From Carcharhinus longimanus (Eukaryota): 64,000 nt of DNA. Below the pieces are notes generated by a model. It made no database searches and had not been told where the DNA came from. It saw only the letters and a list, made by a program, of their open reading frames with translations. The stretch covers positions 37,232,195 to 37,296,194 of the forward strand of contig JASCQW010000122.1 in NCBI GenBank assembly GCA_030264375.1, given 5' to 3'. Positions 52,756 through 64,000 of this stretch are shown here, one piece after another. Position 1 is the first letter of the stretch, and each line of letters opens with the position of its first letter. A program made the position numbers and the translations under genes.

Positions 52756-53276
52756 ATTGCTTCATGTGTCAAAGTAGATCAGAGTGAAAAGCTGCTGTAT
52801 CTCTATGTGTGGGGGAGTAGGGGAATGATTCAATTAGGCTATAGGAATTGAAGAGCGAAGAAATGAGTACCAGTCTTAAATTTGGTTATCACTGTTGTCT
52901 TCAGTGTTTCCATGGTTGCCTCTTCATTTAAAGTAAAAGGTCCCCTTGGATGTGGCCCTACTATTAGAAATGTAACTAATTAACTCCTCTGGTATGGGCA
53001 TTGAGCCAGCACAATGGAGAAATGGAAATATATTTCGAAGTTGGGTGTGGTGTTTTCTGTTATTCCTTCAAGGGTCATGGACATAACTGACTCGCCAGCA
53101 TTTATTGCCCATCCCCAGTTGCCCGAGGGCAGTTGAGAGTCAACCACATTGCTGTGGCTTTGAACTCAGCAGGGTAAGGATGACAGATTTCCTTCCCTAA
53201 AAGACACTAGTGAACCAGATGGGTTTTCCCAACAATCGACAATGATTTCATGGTCATCAATGGATTCTTAATACCA

Positions 53277-53505
53277 TGATATGGAGATGCCGGCTTTGGA
53301 CAGGCGTAAGCACAGTAAGAAGTCTCACAACACCAGGTTAAAGTCCAACAGGTTTATTTGGAATCACAAGCTTTCAGAGGGCTGCTTCTTCTCCAGATGA
53401 ATGGCTCACCTTCCACTCACCTGAGGAAGGAGCTGCGTTCTGAAAGCTCGTGTTTCCAAATAAACCTGTTGCACTTTAACCTGGTATAGTGAGACTTTTT
53501 GCAGC
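53277..53505 (+). mobile_element. Complete hairpin element, Penelope-derived, with a hammerhead-like core and 11-bp TSD
   Basis: Inverted arms of about 80 bp (~53320-53400 and ~53417-53499). TSD tcttaatacca at 53266-53276 and 53506-53516. Inserted within an older repeat homologous to 28435-28810. Confidence 0.85.
53417..53453 (+). ncRNA. Minimal type I hammerhead ribozyme motif
   Basis: CAC-CUGAGGA-[AGGAGC UGC GUUCU]-GAAA-GC-UC-GUG: CUGANGA and GAAA cores, stem II hairpin, NUH triplet CUC, and stem I CAC/GUG. Confidence 0.6.
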
Positions 53506-55110
53506 TCTTAATACCAGTTATTTTTTACTGAATTTAAATTTCACCATCTACCCTGGTGGGATTTGAACCTGGACATAAGCTGAGTTCCTGGATTAATAGT
53601 CTCGTGATAATACGACTTGGCCATCACTTCCCTATGGTGTGACTTGGAGGTGCTGTTATTCTCCATGAACTTGCTGCCCTTGCCTTTCTAGCTGGTTGAG
53701 ACTGCAGGTTTGGGACGTATTTCTGGTGAAGTCTTGGTGCGTTGCTGCAGGGCTTCTTGTGGACAGTACGCACTACAACCATGTGATGCATTAATATTTA
53801 GAGGTGTGCAGGAGATTACAGAAACTGGGGAGGCGAAAGCTGATCAGGGAGGGATTTGAAAGCAATTTTAATATCAGGAGCCATTGTAGATAAGAGCGCA
53901 CAAGGGATGACGGGCGAACAAGACTTGATACAACTCTGCTGTCCAGTCACCGTGCTTTAGACAGCTGAACAGCACTCTGTTCTATATATCAGTGTTGAGT
54001 TGGAGGGAGAACTAAACTTTAAACTGCACTAACATTCCCGTTGGCATATCAGTGTGGGAGGCTCAGCAGCTATTGAATCAATTGTTAAGTGTCAATGATT
54101 GCCAAGCGCCACTGCTCAGCAGGACATATCATGCTATGGATCATTGGATGACTAGTCCACATCATGGATTGCTATCTTCTGATATACTGCTCACTCAGTT
54201 ATACTGATACTTTGGGGCTCCTGGCTAGCTGATCTTTTTCAACAGGATTCCACTATATCCTAACTATAGCCATATGTGCGCATGAGTCACTTAAGTACAG
54301 AATTAATGTCTAAACCTAGTCCACCTATGAAATCAATTGCTGACAAGCTGGTGAACCGAAAAGCAGCTCACGCAAAGGGCTTGGCTTTAGGTAAGGAAAA
54401 AGGGCCTGTGCCACCCATCTAAATGGAACTAAATGACTGTCATTGTACAGATTTGCTCTTCATCCCCTTAGCTGCTGGTTAAAAATCATCTCAAACTCCT
54501 CACCTTCAATTTGTGTTCCCTTTAAATGAAAGGATGGTGCTAGTAAATAGTTTGAATGTTGACCTTTAACAGCTACAAGCTGTGCGGCAGGTGCCAAGTG
54601 GCCTGTGAATGTCACGGTTATGCTAAACTTCGATCCTGCAGAGTTCTGGAGTAATGCACAATATTCTGACAGCGCAAAATGAGTCGCCCATTCCCCTTGT
54701 CAGTTTTGTGCGAACGTTTGTGTTGAGGTATGTTGCAGTTGCATCTTCTCTTAAGTGTGGCGAGCGTGGGGGTGATTAATTTCCATGCCGAGCTGTTACT
54801 TTCCTTCCATCTAGTGGAATGAACTGAGCATGATTACAGTGATTTATAACCAAAGATAAATTATTGCCAAACAAATAAATCAAATGCCTTTTCTTTTCTG
54901 GTTCAGTAATTTTCCGCTGCATTTTGATAATCTTCCACTGTGCTTGTGTTATAAATGACGTGTACAATATCTCTGATAGCTTCAGGTTTGTTTGGGAAGA
55001 CAAACCAGCTTGTGTCTAATGCTCAGTTTCCATCACCAAACTGTGAAGATTGTACAATTGTTTCTCTTTACAATATGAAATTGACATCTTTCCTTTTTTT
55101 GTATTAATAG

Positions 55111-55163
55111 TGTAAGTGGTCCAGAAAAGGCTTCATCAGAACACGATGGAGTGTCACTGATTG
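55111..55163 (+). CDS. INPP5A: INPP5A internal coding exon (53 nt), CKWSRKGFIRTRWSVTD + TG
   Basis: Acceptor tttcctttttttgtattaatag, donor TG|gtatgt. Matches recalled human CKWSRKGFIRTRWCIADC. Too short to appear in the ORF track. Confidence 0.95.
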
Positions 55164-57039
55164 GTATGTTCTAGTCCTTTTTTTGACTTTTGAAGTAATT
55201 TGCAATTTATTTAATGCCAGTAGAAGTACAGATTGGGTAGAGCCATGATTTGACACCCAGGCCTTTGTCAGTCATTCCACTGTCATTTGCCACACCATAC
55301 GTCCTTGAAACTGCATTTATGATTGAAAGGGTTAATCCATCAGCTTGGCAATACTTTACATAATGCTACTGCATTTTCACCCTACCACTCTCTGTACTTG
55401 GATTTACCTGAAATCAGTGACACAGAGAAGATATGGAATTATCAGGTAAGGACTCTTTCCATAACTCCTTTTCTAAATTTACCAATGCAAATCTTTTCCA
55501 CTGACGGCCAGAGAACTGATCTGCAGCAAAACTTCAGGGTATTAACAATATTGCAGCATCAAAGAATCTCTCAACAGTTTTTCACCTGCACTATCCTTCC
55601 TTCAGATGGGAGATATTCTGATATTGACTGCTCTTTAAGAAGGAGATACTTAGTTGAAAAGCAAAAACATTAAGGGATTAAAAAAAGGCAAAGAATTTGG
55701 ATTGAAAAGATGGAGTTGCCACGGCCGACAAAAGTAGTGAGGCTAAGCAGTGTCGATGACCTTGATGACCAGATTAGCTGACAACAAATGGATTGCCTCA
55801 TGATTTCACACCCTTTCCCCCACCTGCCCAAGATTTAGGGTGCATTGCTGTTATGATATGCTTTTTCTCTTCTCCTAATATAAACAGACACACGCACCCT
55901 GAGAGTGGCAGCACATTTCCAAAAGCCATCTGTGACTGACTCTTTAAGCCCCTGATAGTCCAGTGTACAGGACTGACAACTTCTTGTGGCTAATAAGATA
56001 GCAACACTAACAAAGGAAAACACGTGCTGAACTATTCATGGACCACCTTCCATTCCTGAACAAAGAGTTCTAAAGGCTATGGGGAAATCAACCATCTCAT
56101 TTGTTCCAAAATCATGTGATTTTTGTACATTTCTTCTGTGACCATTTTTGACCCTGGGGTTAAAAAGAAAAATTATTGGAAAATCATGCAGCAGTGCCAA
56201 GATGGCAATTTGTGCTTCTCATGATGAGTCACTCTGGTTTGATTTTCAGGCCTATCTGTCGCATTGGAGCTCACTGAAATCAATAGAGAATCAGTTCTAG
56301 GTTGTAGGTGCTCCTTTCCAATTAATGCGGTTACTCATTTGGGGTAGTGGTGGGTGGTGAGGGAAGGGGGTGAACATTCAAAATGTTGATTTCTCAATAT
56401 AGGGAAAAGAGTCGACCATTCAGCCCTCTAAACGTGGAAAACTGACAACATGTTACAGCTCGGGCACATTGTTAGGGAGGACTTCAGTGATAACTTTGAA
56501 TTGAAAGTACTCCCTTGACTTTCATTCCTTTCTTAAAAGTAACTTGTCTATAATTTTTGGCTCACCTACTATACATTATATCATTTTTTAATTAGAAATT
56601 CCAAAATTATCGAAGTTTGCCATAATTACTTGAAGTCAGTTGATTAACAATGAATGGAATGGATATGAAGGTTGCTTAAACTTATGTGGGGTTATTCTTG
56701 GTTCGAGGTTTGGGGGTTTTCACAGTAACTTCATTGCATAAGCCTACTTGTGACACTAATAAATAAACTTTAGAACATTTGTGCCTTTTGTTGCCCCAGT
56801 TTTTCACATGTACTCCCAACAAATACTGGAGGCTAAATGGGATAGCTCTTCAAAAATGCATGGGAATAACAGTGCATCAGTAACTCATGCTAGTTGATTG
56901 CAGTGCTCATTTGAATGATTTTTGCCTCCAGCCAGCACTATCCATTGCAGGGCTTTTCATGGCTCGTACCCTGTAAAGTGATATGCATTGTGGCTGGAGC
57001 AAGCATTAGAAGACATGGTTGAGGAGAATCTGACCTGGG

Positions 57040-57300
57040 ATGAGGAAAATACAACATGGAAGAGAGAAAGTTCAGAGTTGTTTTAATGTTACACCCAAAG
57101 CCTTGATGGAAAAGGGAGTCGGGAAGAGAGGTGTCCTGCATCTGCAGGGAGGAAGCAGACCCTTAAGACATACAGTCAAAAGATAGTGTGACAGATATCT
57201 GCGGAGGTCAATGCCAGCAGCCAATCCACAAGGATCTGGATGTAATGGTGCAGACAGTCAATGCCTTGCACCAGCTTAGATCCTGACACCGTCCAACTCT
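57040..57300 (+). pseudogene. Harbinger Myb/SANT-like accessory ORF remnant
   Basis: KALME...KRGVLHLQGGSRP...*QISAEVNASSQSTRIWM*WCRQ..NAL resembles the W..IAAEVNA......RTW.QCRKKFNDL trihelix motif of NAIF1/MSANTD-type proteins. Confidence 0.6.
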
Positions 57301-57643
57301 TTAAAGGATAGATTAGAGGAGAGATCTGCATGTGGTGAGACACAATGCCTGAGTGAATGGCCGCCAAGGGAGGGGGAAGGATAGTATGGATGTGAGCTCA
57401 CAAGAGGTTCCACTGTAGAGAATTCCGATGAAGTAACCTAGGCTGATGGGTATTTACAGTAAAATGTTTGGAGCTAAGCAGCCCCTGGGTTGAAGCCAGT
57501 GGATCCATGGACTGTGAACCTGTTGTCTTCCAGTTCCCTTGCTGCTGCCTGTCAGCCAGGCAGTCACCCAGATTGCTGCCACCCCAACCGAGATGATGAA
57601 GTCTGCACGCAACATGGCTTTTGAAACCAAGAGGGTGCTCAAG

Positions 57644-57675
57644 GGTCATCACCCTCAACGGTCATCACCCTCAAC
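57644..57675. repeat. Perfect 16-bp tandem duplication
   Basis: ggtcatcaccctcaac occurs twice in tandem. Confidence 0.9.
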
Positions 57676-58026
57676 CGAAAGTCAGGAGTCTTCCACTGGT
57701 CTTGCTGTGGATAGTAGCACTGTAAAGAGGAACAGGGACGAGGAAAGGCACATGGAAGGCAAATACAAGGGAGATTAGTTGACTTCTGTATGTGATATGG
57801 CATGAGTTAATGTAGAAATTTGGCTTGGAATGTTTACTTTGTGGTAGATTTTATTATTAATTGCAGCAAAACAGCGACAGGCAGTGGCAGTGTGAAGTTA
57901 AGACGCAGAAATGGTGGTGAACGGGGAGCTGGTGTTGCAGTTATTGAGATCCCATTCAACTTCATTCTTTTCTGACAACCTAAGCAGAAAAGAGCTTTCT
58001 AACTCGCCTCCTCTTTTCCTCCTCCT

Positions 58027-58298
58027 CGGCACAATATCACAGTGGTTAGCACTGCTACTCACGGTGCCAGGTAACCAGATTCGATTCCTGGCTCGGGTCA
58101 CTGTCTGTGTGAAGTTTACACATTCGCCCCGTGTCTGCATGGGTTTCCTCCAGGTGCTCCAGTTTCCTCCCACATTCTGAAAGATGTGCCGGTTGGTGCA
58201 TTGACCCGAACAGATGGCAACTAGGGGAATTTCACAGCAACCCCAGTGCAGTGTTAATGTAAGCCTTATTGGTGACTAATAAATAAACTTTACTTTAA
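58027..58298 (+). mobile_element. HE1-like SINE, type B tail
   Basis: cacagtggttagcactgct...ctaggggaatttcacag...ctaataaataaacttt. Confidence 0.88.
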
Positions 58299-58564
58299 TA
58301 AATACTTTTATTGTTGTTTAAAGAAAGAGGCGGGTCTGAGTTCTCATTTTTCCTGCAAACGTTCCTTATTAATATCCAAAATAAAACAATGCACCATACA
58401 AAACCAGTGTTTCAGATTGGAACACACTTGCACATAAAATCAGCAGGCTTTCGAAAAATTGGCTCAATCTTTGCTGTGAAAGTAGGAAAAAGCTGAGAGG
58501 CTTTTCTAAACCCCTTTGGACCACAATAATTGCGTATAATTCTGATTGTCATTTTGTTAAAAAT

Positions 58565-58945
58565 ATAGAGGTATTGGAGAAGGGACGGAGATGATTTACA
58601 AGGATAATACCAGCTATACTTATCGGGGGAGGACAGACAGCCTTGGTCTCTTTTCCCTTGAAAATAGAAGGCTAAATATTGAGTACAAATAGAGGTCCTT
58701 AAATTTATAAAATGGTTTTAACAGAGTGGAAACAGAGAGAATGCCTCCACTTGTGGGTAAGAGCACAACCGAAGGCTGTCAAAGTAATAGTCACCAAGAA
58801 ATTCAATAGTGAATTCAATAGTGACATTTTTACTCAGAGTGGAATGAATGTGGATTCGCCGCTACAGAGAGTGGTTGAAGCAAATAATGTAAATACATTT
58901 AAAGGGAAACCAGGCAAACATCTGAAGGAGAAAGGGGTGGAAATC
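58565..58945 (+). mobile_element. CR1 LINE 3' fragment
   Basis: LGLFSLENRRL-like segment and PLQRVVEANNVNTFKGKPGKHLKEKG. Confidence 0.75.
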
Positions 58946-58948
58946 TGA

Positions 58949-59240
58949 AGGGTGGCACAGTGGTTAGCACTGCTGCCTCACAGTGACAGAGGCCTGCGTT
59001 CGATTCCTGCCTTGTCTGCCTGGAGTTTGCACATTCTCCCCGTGTCTGTGTGGGTTCCCTTCAGATGCTCTGGCTTCCTCCCGCAGTCCAGTGGACGCGC
59101 TGATTACAGTGCATTGACCGTGCTAAATTCTCCCTCAGTGTACCCGAACAGGTGCCAGAGTGTGGAGACTGTGGGGATTTTCACAGCAACTTCGTTGCAC
59201 TGTTAATGTTAGCTTATTTATAATACTAATAAATAAACTT
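58949..59240 (+). mobile_element. HE1-like SINE, type B tail
   Basis: gggtggcacagtggttagcactgctgcctcacag...ggggattttcacagcaacttc...ctaataaataaactt. Confidence 0.88.
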
Positions 59241-60212
59241 AAATTTAGAAACGGAATAGAGAGTTACAGTNNNNNNNNNNNNNNNNNNNNNNNNNNNNNN
59301 NNNNNNNNNNNNNNNNNNNNNNNNNNNNNNNNNNNNNNNNNNNNNNNNNNNNNNNNNNNNNNNNNNNNNNNNNNNNNNNNNNNNNNNNNNNNNNNNNNNN
59401 NNNNNNNNNNNNNNNNNNNNNNNNNNNNNNNNNNNNNNNNNNNNNNNNNNNNNNNNNNNNNNNNNNNNNNNNNNNNNNNNNNNNNNNNNNNNNNNNNNNN
59501 NNNNNNNNNNNNNNNNNNNNNNNNNNNNNNNNNNNNNNNNNNNNNNNNNNNNNNNNNNNNNNNNNNNNNNNNNNNNNNNNNNNNNNNNNNNNNNNNNNNN
59601 NNNNNNNNNNNNNNNNNNNNNNNNNNNNNNNNNNNNNNNNNNNNNNNNNNNNNNNNNNNNNNNNNNNNNNNNNNNNNNNNNNNNNNNNNNNNNNNNNNNN
59701 NNNNNNNNNNNNNNNNNNNNNNNNNNNNNNNNNNNNNNNNNNNNNNNNNNNNNNNNNNNNNNNNNNNNNNNNNNNNNNNNNNNNNNNNNNNNNNNNNNNN
59801 NNNNNNNNNNNNNNNNNNNNNNNNNNNNNNNNNNNNNNNNNNNNNNNNNNNNNNNNNNNNNNNNNNNNNNNNNNNNNNNNNNNNNNNNNNNNNNNNNNNN
59901 NNNNNNNNNNNNNNNNNNNNNNNNNNNNNNNNNNNNNNNNNNNNNNNNNNNNNNNNNNNNNNNNNNNNNNNNNNNNNNNNNNNNNNNNNNNNNNNNNNNN
60001 NNNNNNNNNNNNNNNNNNNNNNNNNNNNNNNNNNNNNNNNNNNNNNNNNNNNNNNNNNNNNNNNNNNNNNNNNNNNNNNNNNNNNNNNNNNNNNNNNNNN
60101 NNNNNNNNNNNNNNNNNNNNNNNNNNNNNNNNNNNNNNNNNNNNNNNNNNNNNNNNNNNNNNNNNNNNNNNNNNNNNNNNNNNNNNNNNNNNNNNNNNNN
60201 NNNNNNNNNNNN

Positions 60213-60806
60213 ACGTGCTCTGCCAGCTGCTGCAGAGCTCCTCAAGGATGAGCCAGGCAGCGGAAACATTATTCCAGCACCTTGGTGGTCTTCTCTATTG
60301 GATTTTGTGTTACAGCGTGGCTTTCATTGTATGTTGCACTGATACGCATGGGTTGCGCACTGGGTGGGGAGTCACAGCCATGTGGTCAATCTGTGTGACC
60401 CCTTTGCTCAATCACCAACCTTTGGTTTGATTTGGTGTCTCAAATGCAGATAGCACCTTGAGCTGCCACAGAATGAAGGCGTACTACCTGCTGCCAGGAT
60501 ACTCGACAGTGAGGGAGCAGAATCACTTTTGGTTCTGATTTTGGGCATATTTGACTGGTGGCACCCGCAAAGTGTTATGCATGCAGCCAGTGGCACCATT
60601 GGAAGCCCACAATCCTTGCAAAGTATTTTCCCTCTGCTTGCTTCTCTTTGGCAAAAGAGAATGAAAATAGAGAATCTCAGTGACTTCCCTTGCACTACAG
60701 TGGATAGCAAACTGCGAGACATTGCACATTTCGCCAACTCCTGTCTGGAAGGAATCTGACGTGTGAGCGTTCATCTCCATGCTCACATTCACAGCCACTG
60801 GCAATT
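60213..60806 (-). pseudogene. PIF/Harbinger (HARBI1-like, DDE_Tnp_4) transposase remnant
   Basis: LPVAVNVS...SFQTGVGEMCNVSQFAIHCSAREVTEILY, GATGCMHNTLRVP (cf. GAIDCTHVALRAP), YPGS..AFIL, and YNESHAVTQNPIEKTTKVLE*CFRCL...GALQ. Contains stops and frameshifts. Confidence 0.85.
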
Positions 60807-61650
60807 GTTATGATTCAGGTCACAAACTCAAAAGTGTTTTATGAAGCCTGCCTGGATCCTAAGGTTTGCACTTTGGATTTGGCTAGGATGAGCATGATAT
60901 ATTTCACTTCAGGTATGATTTAAATTACCCACTAGGGAGCGTTTATCAAACAAAGTTTATTTAAGGATATAGTTAACATGTATAGTAAGAGAACTACAAT
61001 AACTTATATCAATTACAGACAAAAACAAAACAACACTATCATGTACAATCCTTAACTAATATGTCTAAGATGTTCCAATCAAACAAAAAATTCCCATAGA
61101 CAAAAAACCTTTTCCACAGGTTTAACACCGGAAAGACTAATGCTCATGTGATACTGGAACTGAGTCCTTTTGTAGGAGAATTGAAAATCCTGATTTCTCA
61201 GCCTTATAACTTCTAGGACCCACTGGACATGCTCAGAACAGTTTGAAGTCAGGACACCTTTCCAGAACACCAGGGAGAGTCTCTGTCAAGCTACCTTCAG
61301 CAGTTCAACTCCAGGAAGGCAAGAAGCCTTGCTTTCAGTGAACCAGCAAAATTTCCAAAACCCGGGAGAGAGAGAAACACTTACTTTCAGTTTGATGTCA
61401 CTTCTAAAACTAAAAACTGTACGCACAGCCAAAAAGAAAATTAAACCTTAAATTCACTAGGAAGAAAAAAACTGTCCAAAACACATGACTTTCTTCCTCA
61501 CAATGATGGGTCATAAAAAAAATCCCAGAGTAAAAATAAACAACCCCATTTAAGCCACTGAAGGAACAAAAAAAAGACTTCAAGCAGATGGCCTGGCAGC
61601 AATGAAACCAAAATAGCTTATAGCTGCGGAGAACATGATTTTTTAAAAAA
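60807..61650 (-). mobile_element. Possible solo LTR truncating the Harbinger transposase
   Basis: Abrupt switch at TGTTATG from transposase sequence to an A-rich non-coding block; terminal TG. The right boundary is uncertain. Confidence 0.35.
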
Positions 61651-62342
61651 AACAAGCAAACAGAACACTAATCTGGTCCATTTCATCCTTGCCTTCATCG
61701 AAAGCTCCTTCTTTTATCACATTCATGACAAAGTATCAGCAATCACATCCTGTCTTCCTGCCACATGTATAATTTTAAAATTAAGCGGTTGGAATAATAG
61801 AGTCCATCAAAAAGTCTGGCATTTTTAGGCTTAAATTTCTCCAAAAATGTTAACAGATGATGATCAATATACACAATTGTCTCAGACAAATGTTAAAATG
61901 TTGCAAAGCCAGCACCAAACTCAAGGTCTCTTTTTCAATCATTGAATATTTTTCCAATTCAATTCAAAATCATCCAATTCTTCAGAAGAATGCCCAATAG
62001 GCCGCTCTATTGCCTTGTCGCCTTTTTGTAAGAGTACAGCACCTATGCCCACATCACTTGCATCAAGTCACCTTTTATGGCTGCCTCCTGCACTGTAGGG
62101 GTTCTGTGGTTCTAAGGGTTGTGATAATGTGCTGCTCATTCAATGAGCAGAGGAGGAATCTGGAACTAGTCTTTCGTTTGTTTGTTCTCATAATCTAAAT
62201 AACACAGGCATAGTCTCTCTCACACTGGTGGAAACCAAATCGTGTATATAGTTAAGAACAATGCTTTACTTTTCCCCAATTGGTGACAACTGCTGTCACT
62301 TATAACTAAAACATGCATTTCATTGTGACAGGATTGCAAATC

Positions 62343-62905
62343 ATGAACAGGAGTAAACCATTCAGCCCATCAAGCCTGTTCTGCTATTCAATGAGATCAT
62401 GGCTAATCTATCACCTAACTCCATATACCTGCCTTTGGCCCATACCCCTTAATACCTTTGCTTAACAAAAAATGACCTATCTTATATTTAAAATTCAATT
62501 CCGGCCTCGGGTCACTTATGTGTAGAGTTTGCATGTTCTCCCCATCTCTGCTTGGGTTTCCTTTGGGTATTCCAGTTTCCTCCCACATTCCAAAGATGTG
62601 CAGATTAGGTTGATTGGCCATGCTAAATTGTTCCTTAGTGTGTCAGGGGAGCCAGTAGGGGAAATAGGTTGGGTTATGGGGATAGGGTCTGAGTGGGATT
62701 GTTGTCAGTGCAGGCTCAATGGGCCAAATTGCCGCCTCCTGCACTGTAGCGATTCCACAGATCTGAAGTCACCTTTTGCTCTTCTAAGCACGAGCAGATA
62801 TAAGCTTCGCCTGTCCAACCTTTCCTCATAAAATAGCCCACCCATTCCAGGCATTAGTCTGGTAAACCATCTCTAAGCTGCTCCCAATGCATCCTTCCTT
62901 AAATG
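62343..62905 (-). mobile_element. CR1 3' end (-) interrupted by an HE1-like type A SINE (+, ~62495-62760)
   Basis: CR1 tail (LLSKGIKGYGPKAGIWS on the minus strand) on the left, CR1 ORF2 remnant at ~62765-62905 on the right, and a SINE core and tail between them. Confidence 0.8.
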
Positions 62906-63727
62906 AAATTTTAAAATGGTAATAACACCATTGTCCATCACACATGACCACTTAAAGCTGAGAAGAATGGGCAATTTTCATCATGTTGTCTCTTTTTAAA
63001 CCTTCCTGAAGATAACCTTGAATTTCCAGGGACTGGTCTCGATATCTCTTTGTTACATCAACAGGAGATTGGAGCAACTGAGAACGGCAAGTCCCTTTCC
63101 TCTAGGAATTCCACCAATCTTCCACCAAAATTAGGACAGGACCATCAAAACAATTCCCAGTGAACATTTCAGGCGAGTTGGTCTGCGTTTATGAAACCAG
63201 ATCAGCAGGCAGAGTTCATGAGTTACAGCTTAACGTGAGCAGGTTGTGGAAACTAATTCAATATATGAGAATTTGTGGGAAAGCAGCAGAGAAAAAAATT
63301 ATCACCTTGTTGTGACAACACAGTCAGTTCACTTGAAGTCTTTCTGGCAAGTGATCTTACCACTTTGGTAAGTCTGGTCTTTATGTAACTTCTGACCCAA
63401 GTTATCTGGCTGACTCATAGTGCTCTCCGAATTGGCCTTGTGAGCAACCCAGTTTCCAAATGGATGGGCAATAATTTACAATCTTGGTGATGAACTTGAC
63501 CCACTGCGAGTGTGTTTTAATTTTAATAAAACATGGGGAGCATCACGCAGATTCCTAAAAGGACAATTTCATAACGTTAAGTGACTACTACATGTATAAT
63601 AGTGCAGCAATCAAGTAGCTTGCTATCAGGCAGTTCCTCATGTGTAAGGCAATAATAACTAAAACTTAAAACCTTAAACTTAAAAAATTTTCCAGAAAAA
63701 TGATTAAATAGCTCCCAGTCTTTTTTC

Positions 63728-64000
63728 AGTTTTCATTTATTAGTGTCACAAGTAGGCATACATTGAAGTCATTGTGAAAATCCCCAAGTTGCCACACTCC
63801 GGCACTTGTTCGGGGAAACTGAGGGAGAATTTATCATGACCGATGCATCTAACCAGCACGTTTTTCAGACTGTGGGAAGAAACTGGAGGAAACCCACGCA
63901 GACGCGGGGAGAACGTGCAAGCTCCACACAGTGACCCAAACCAGGAATCGAACCTGGGTCACTGGCACTGTGAGGCAGCAGTACTGACCACTGTGCCACC
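63728..64000 (-). mobile_element. HE1-like SINE, type B tail
   Basis: tttattagtgtcacaagtagg...gtgaaaatcccc...gaggcagcagtactgaccactgtgccacc. Confidence 0.88.

Noticed and set aside
59160-60269. Longest ORFs in the track (363 aa and 347 aa)
   Set aside because: They consist almost entirely of the N gap at 59271-60212.
60213-60806. Domesticated HARBI1 gene
   Set aside because: Multiple stops and frameshifts and an altered catalytic Asp motif (GATGCMH) indicate a dead transposon copy.
5036-62831. Recurrent similar short ORFs (VAQWLALLPH..., WEETRAPGGNP...) that look like a gene family
   Set aside because: They are translations of HE1-like SINE copies, not proteins.
55164-64000. Next INPP5A exon (AFDLVNIHLFHDASN…)
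   Set aside because: Not seen; probably downstream of the window, or less likely hidden in the N gap.

Overview
Vertebrate genomic DNA, very probably a shark or other elasmobranch, judged from the HE1/V-SINE and Deu-SINE-type repeats; the assembly is a draft with several N gaps. The window lies inside the very long introns of INPP5A (type I inositol-1,4,5-trisphosphate 5-phosphatase, + strand). Three coding exons are present (28123-28186, 33093-33196, 55111-55163) and splice in frame to ALGNLYFLHESLKNTYQFDFK-AKKYKKVTGKEIYSETLESTPMLEKEKFPQDYFPE-CKWSRKGFIRTRWSVTD. The rest is intronic: about 18 tRNA-derived SINEs with two alternative tails, Deu-SINE-like copies, CR1 and RTE LINE fragments, decayed PIF/Harbinger transposons and MITEs, possible LTR remnants, simple repeats, and repeat-free blocks that may be conserved non-coding elements. 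The most notable observation is a ~230-bp hairpin element present in three copies, each flanked by an 11-12 bp target-site duplication; the one ungapped full-length copy carries a minimal Penelope-type hammerhead ribozyme core. Family assignments come from recalled consensus sequences, not database searches, and repeat boundaries are approximate.
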